From: Welwitschia mirabilis
Taxonomy: Eukaryota
NCBI GenBank assembly: GCA_051453625.1
Contig: JBOZIK010000001.1
Coordinates: 15,635,557 to 15,687,966, forward strand
Direction: 5' to 3'
Length of the DNA: 52,410 nt
The position numbers and the translations under genes are program-made. Under the pieces are notes generated by a model. The model searched no databases, had not been told where the DNA came from, and saw only the letters and a list, made by a program, of their open reading frames with translations. Numbering within the stretch: the stretch's first letter is position 1; each line of letters begins with the position of its first letter. Positions 51,191 through 52,410 of the stretch are shown piece by piece.

Positions 51191-52410
51191 TGTTATAAGA
51201 GTTGGACAACAAGGCTCAAATTTAAGGGGGCTTAGTGAGGAGGAGCCATAGTGAAGGAATGAATTTGATACTCTCCATCATCTATGAGTTAGAAAAACTA
51301 AAATGAATTTATTAATACCTTGGGCCAGCAAATAACGATTTAATTAGTATGGTTTACTATAAGAATGTTACTCATAATCCATCAATTATTAATCCTCTCC
51401 TTTATAGAAGTCTTTAAGTTTAAGAAGTGCCTCAGGTTGAAGGCGAACCTGAGAGCTTTATAATCTCTAGTAAGTGCCCTTGCCAGTCTGCCAATGAGTT
51501 ATATTTGATGCTTACTTCATCAAGAAGAAGAAAGGACTTGAGGGACGACTGGCAGGATCGTGCTTCTCTGTGTGGAGGGGAGGATGCCGGAAGAGACAGG
51601 AGAATGGCTCATCCAAGGGTGGGACTGCAAATCCAGAGGTGCAGGCAAGGGAACGTCGACGGCATAGATGTGCGACAGTGCATAGATTGCTAGAGGAGAG
51701 TGGGCGTGGTGCTACCGGGCACGAGAATACACAGGAGATGCATGTAAGAAAGAAAGCTATGTGCGGCAGCAAGGAGCGATGAAAGAAGATAAAGAGGGCC
51801 TGTGTAGCATAGGCAAGAGAGTGCAATCAGACTCCATCAACATTAAAGGCACAGGTAGCGTAGGAGAGACAGAGTCACAGCATAAGCAGGGAAGACCAAT
51901 GTGGGAGATCACTGAGGGATACTATAGAGCAAGGGAGTAATACGCAGGAGGTAAGCAGAGCATGGTGTGAGGAAGGCTGAGAGGCCTAGAATGCGTGGAG
52001 AGGGAGAGAGCTACGGAAGGGAGAGCAGATCACGGTCAGGGCACCACAGTGGCAGCGGTGATGATAGGCGGTAGGCATGGTTTACAGCAGCAGCCAGTGA
52101 GTGGAGGGTGCACAGAGAAGTGAACTGCAGGTGCAAAGCGTGAAGCGCGCAAGAGAGAGAGGGAAGTCTGNNNNNNNNNCAGCGAGTCCGTAGTTTTGCA
52201 ATATTGATAAGACTAATAGGCTAGGCGGGGCGGCATTCCAGGTGTTAGCGAGGCGTATTCACAAGTAGCGTGGCGTGGAATGCATAGGCATTAGCAGACG
52301 GGGCAAAAGAGGCATTTGGGGCCATGCTAAGCTACAGCACTAGCACCGAGAGGTTTGTTAGATGGAAACTGTCGATAGTAGGGGAAGAGTAATTTCGGAC
52401 GTCACCGGTA
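51191..52410. mobile_element. Probable younger GC/CpG-rich LTR retrotransposon end, running off the window
   Basis: TGTTAT at 51191, then an abrupt shift to purine-rich, CpG-retaining sequence from ~51425. No coding motif recognised. Confidence 0.4.

Noticed and set aside
51427-51826. Three overlapping ORFs of 70-104 aa
   Set aside because: Expected by chance in GC-rich sequence, with no recognisable domain.

Overview
This is AT-rich, CpG-depleted plant nuclear DNA with four assembly gaps and no intact protein-coding gene; the ORF track is mostly spurious or transposon debris. Bases 1-41 kb are decayed, nested transposons: several Athila-type Ty3/gypsy elements, two or three Ty1/copia (SIRE-like) remnants, a Tekay-like chromovirus LTR, a solo LTR with a perfect 5-bp TSD, a probable MULE transposase relic and a probable Helitron 3' end. 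One nest has three levels (copia > gypsy > gypsy), plus a solo LTR inside the outer gypsy 3' LTR. The most unusual part is 41.8-50.8 kb, a mosaic of dead fragments from unrelated host genes, all on the + strand: a KDM3/JMJ25-type JmjC demethylase and an R2R3-MYB (both apparently intron-less), one isolated plastid pyruvate kinase exon, and four intron-separated exons of a spastin-like AAA ATPase. This looks like transposon-mediated gene capture, but I could not identify the carrier's termini. I see no evidence for an intact novel functional system. All calls come from manual translation and by-eye alignment; boundaries are approximate unless termini are quoted.
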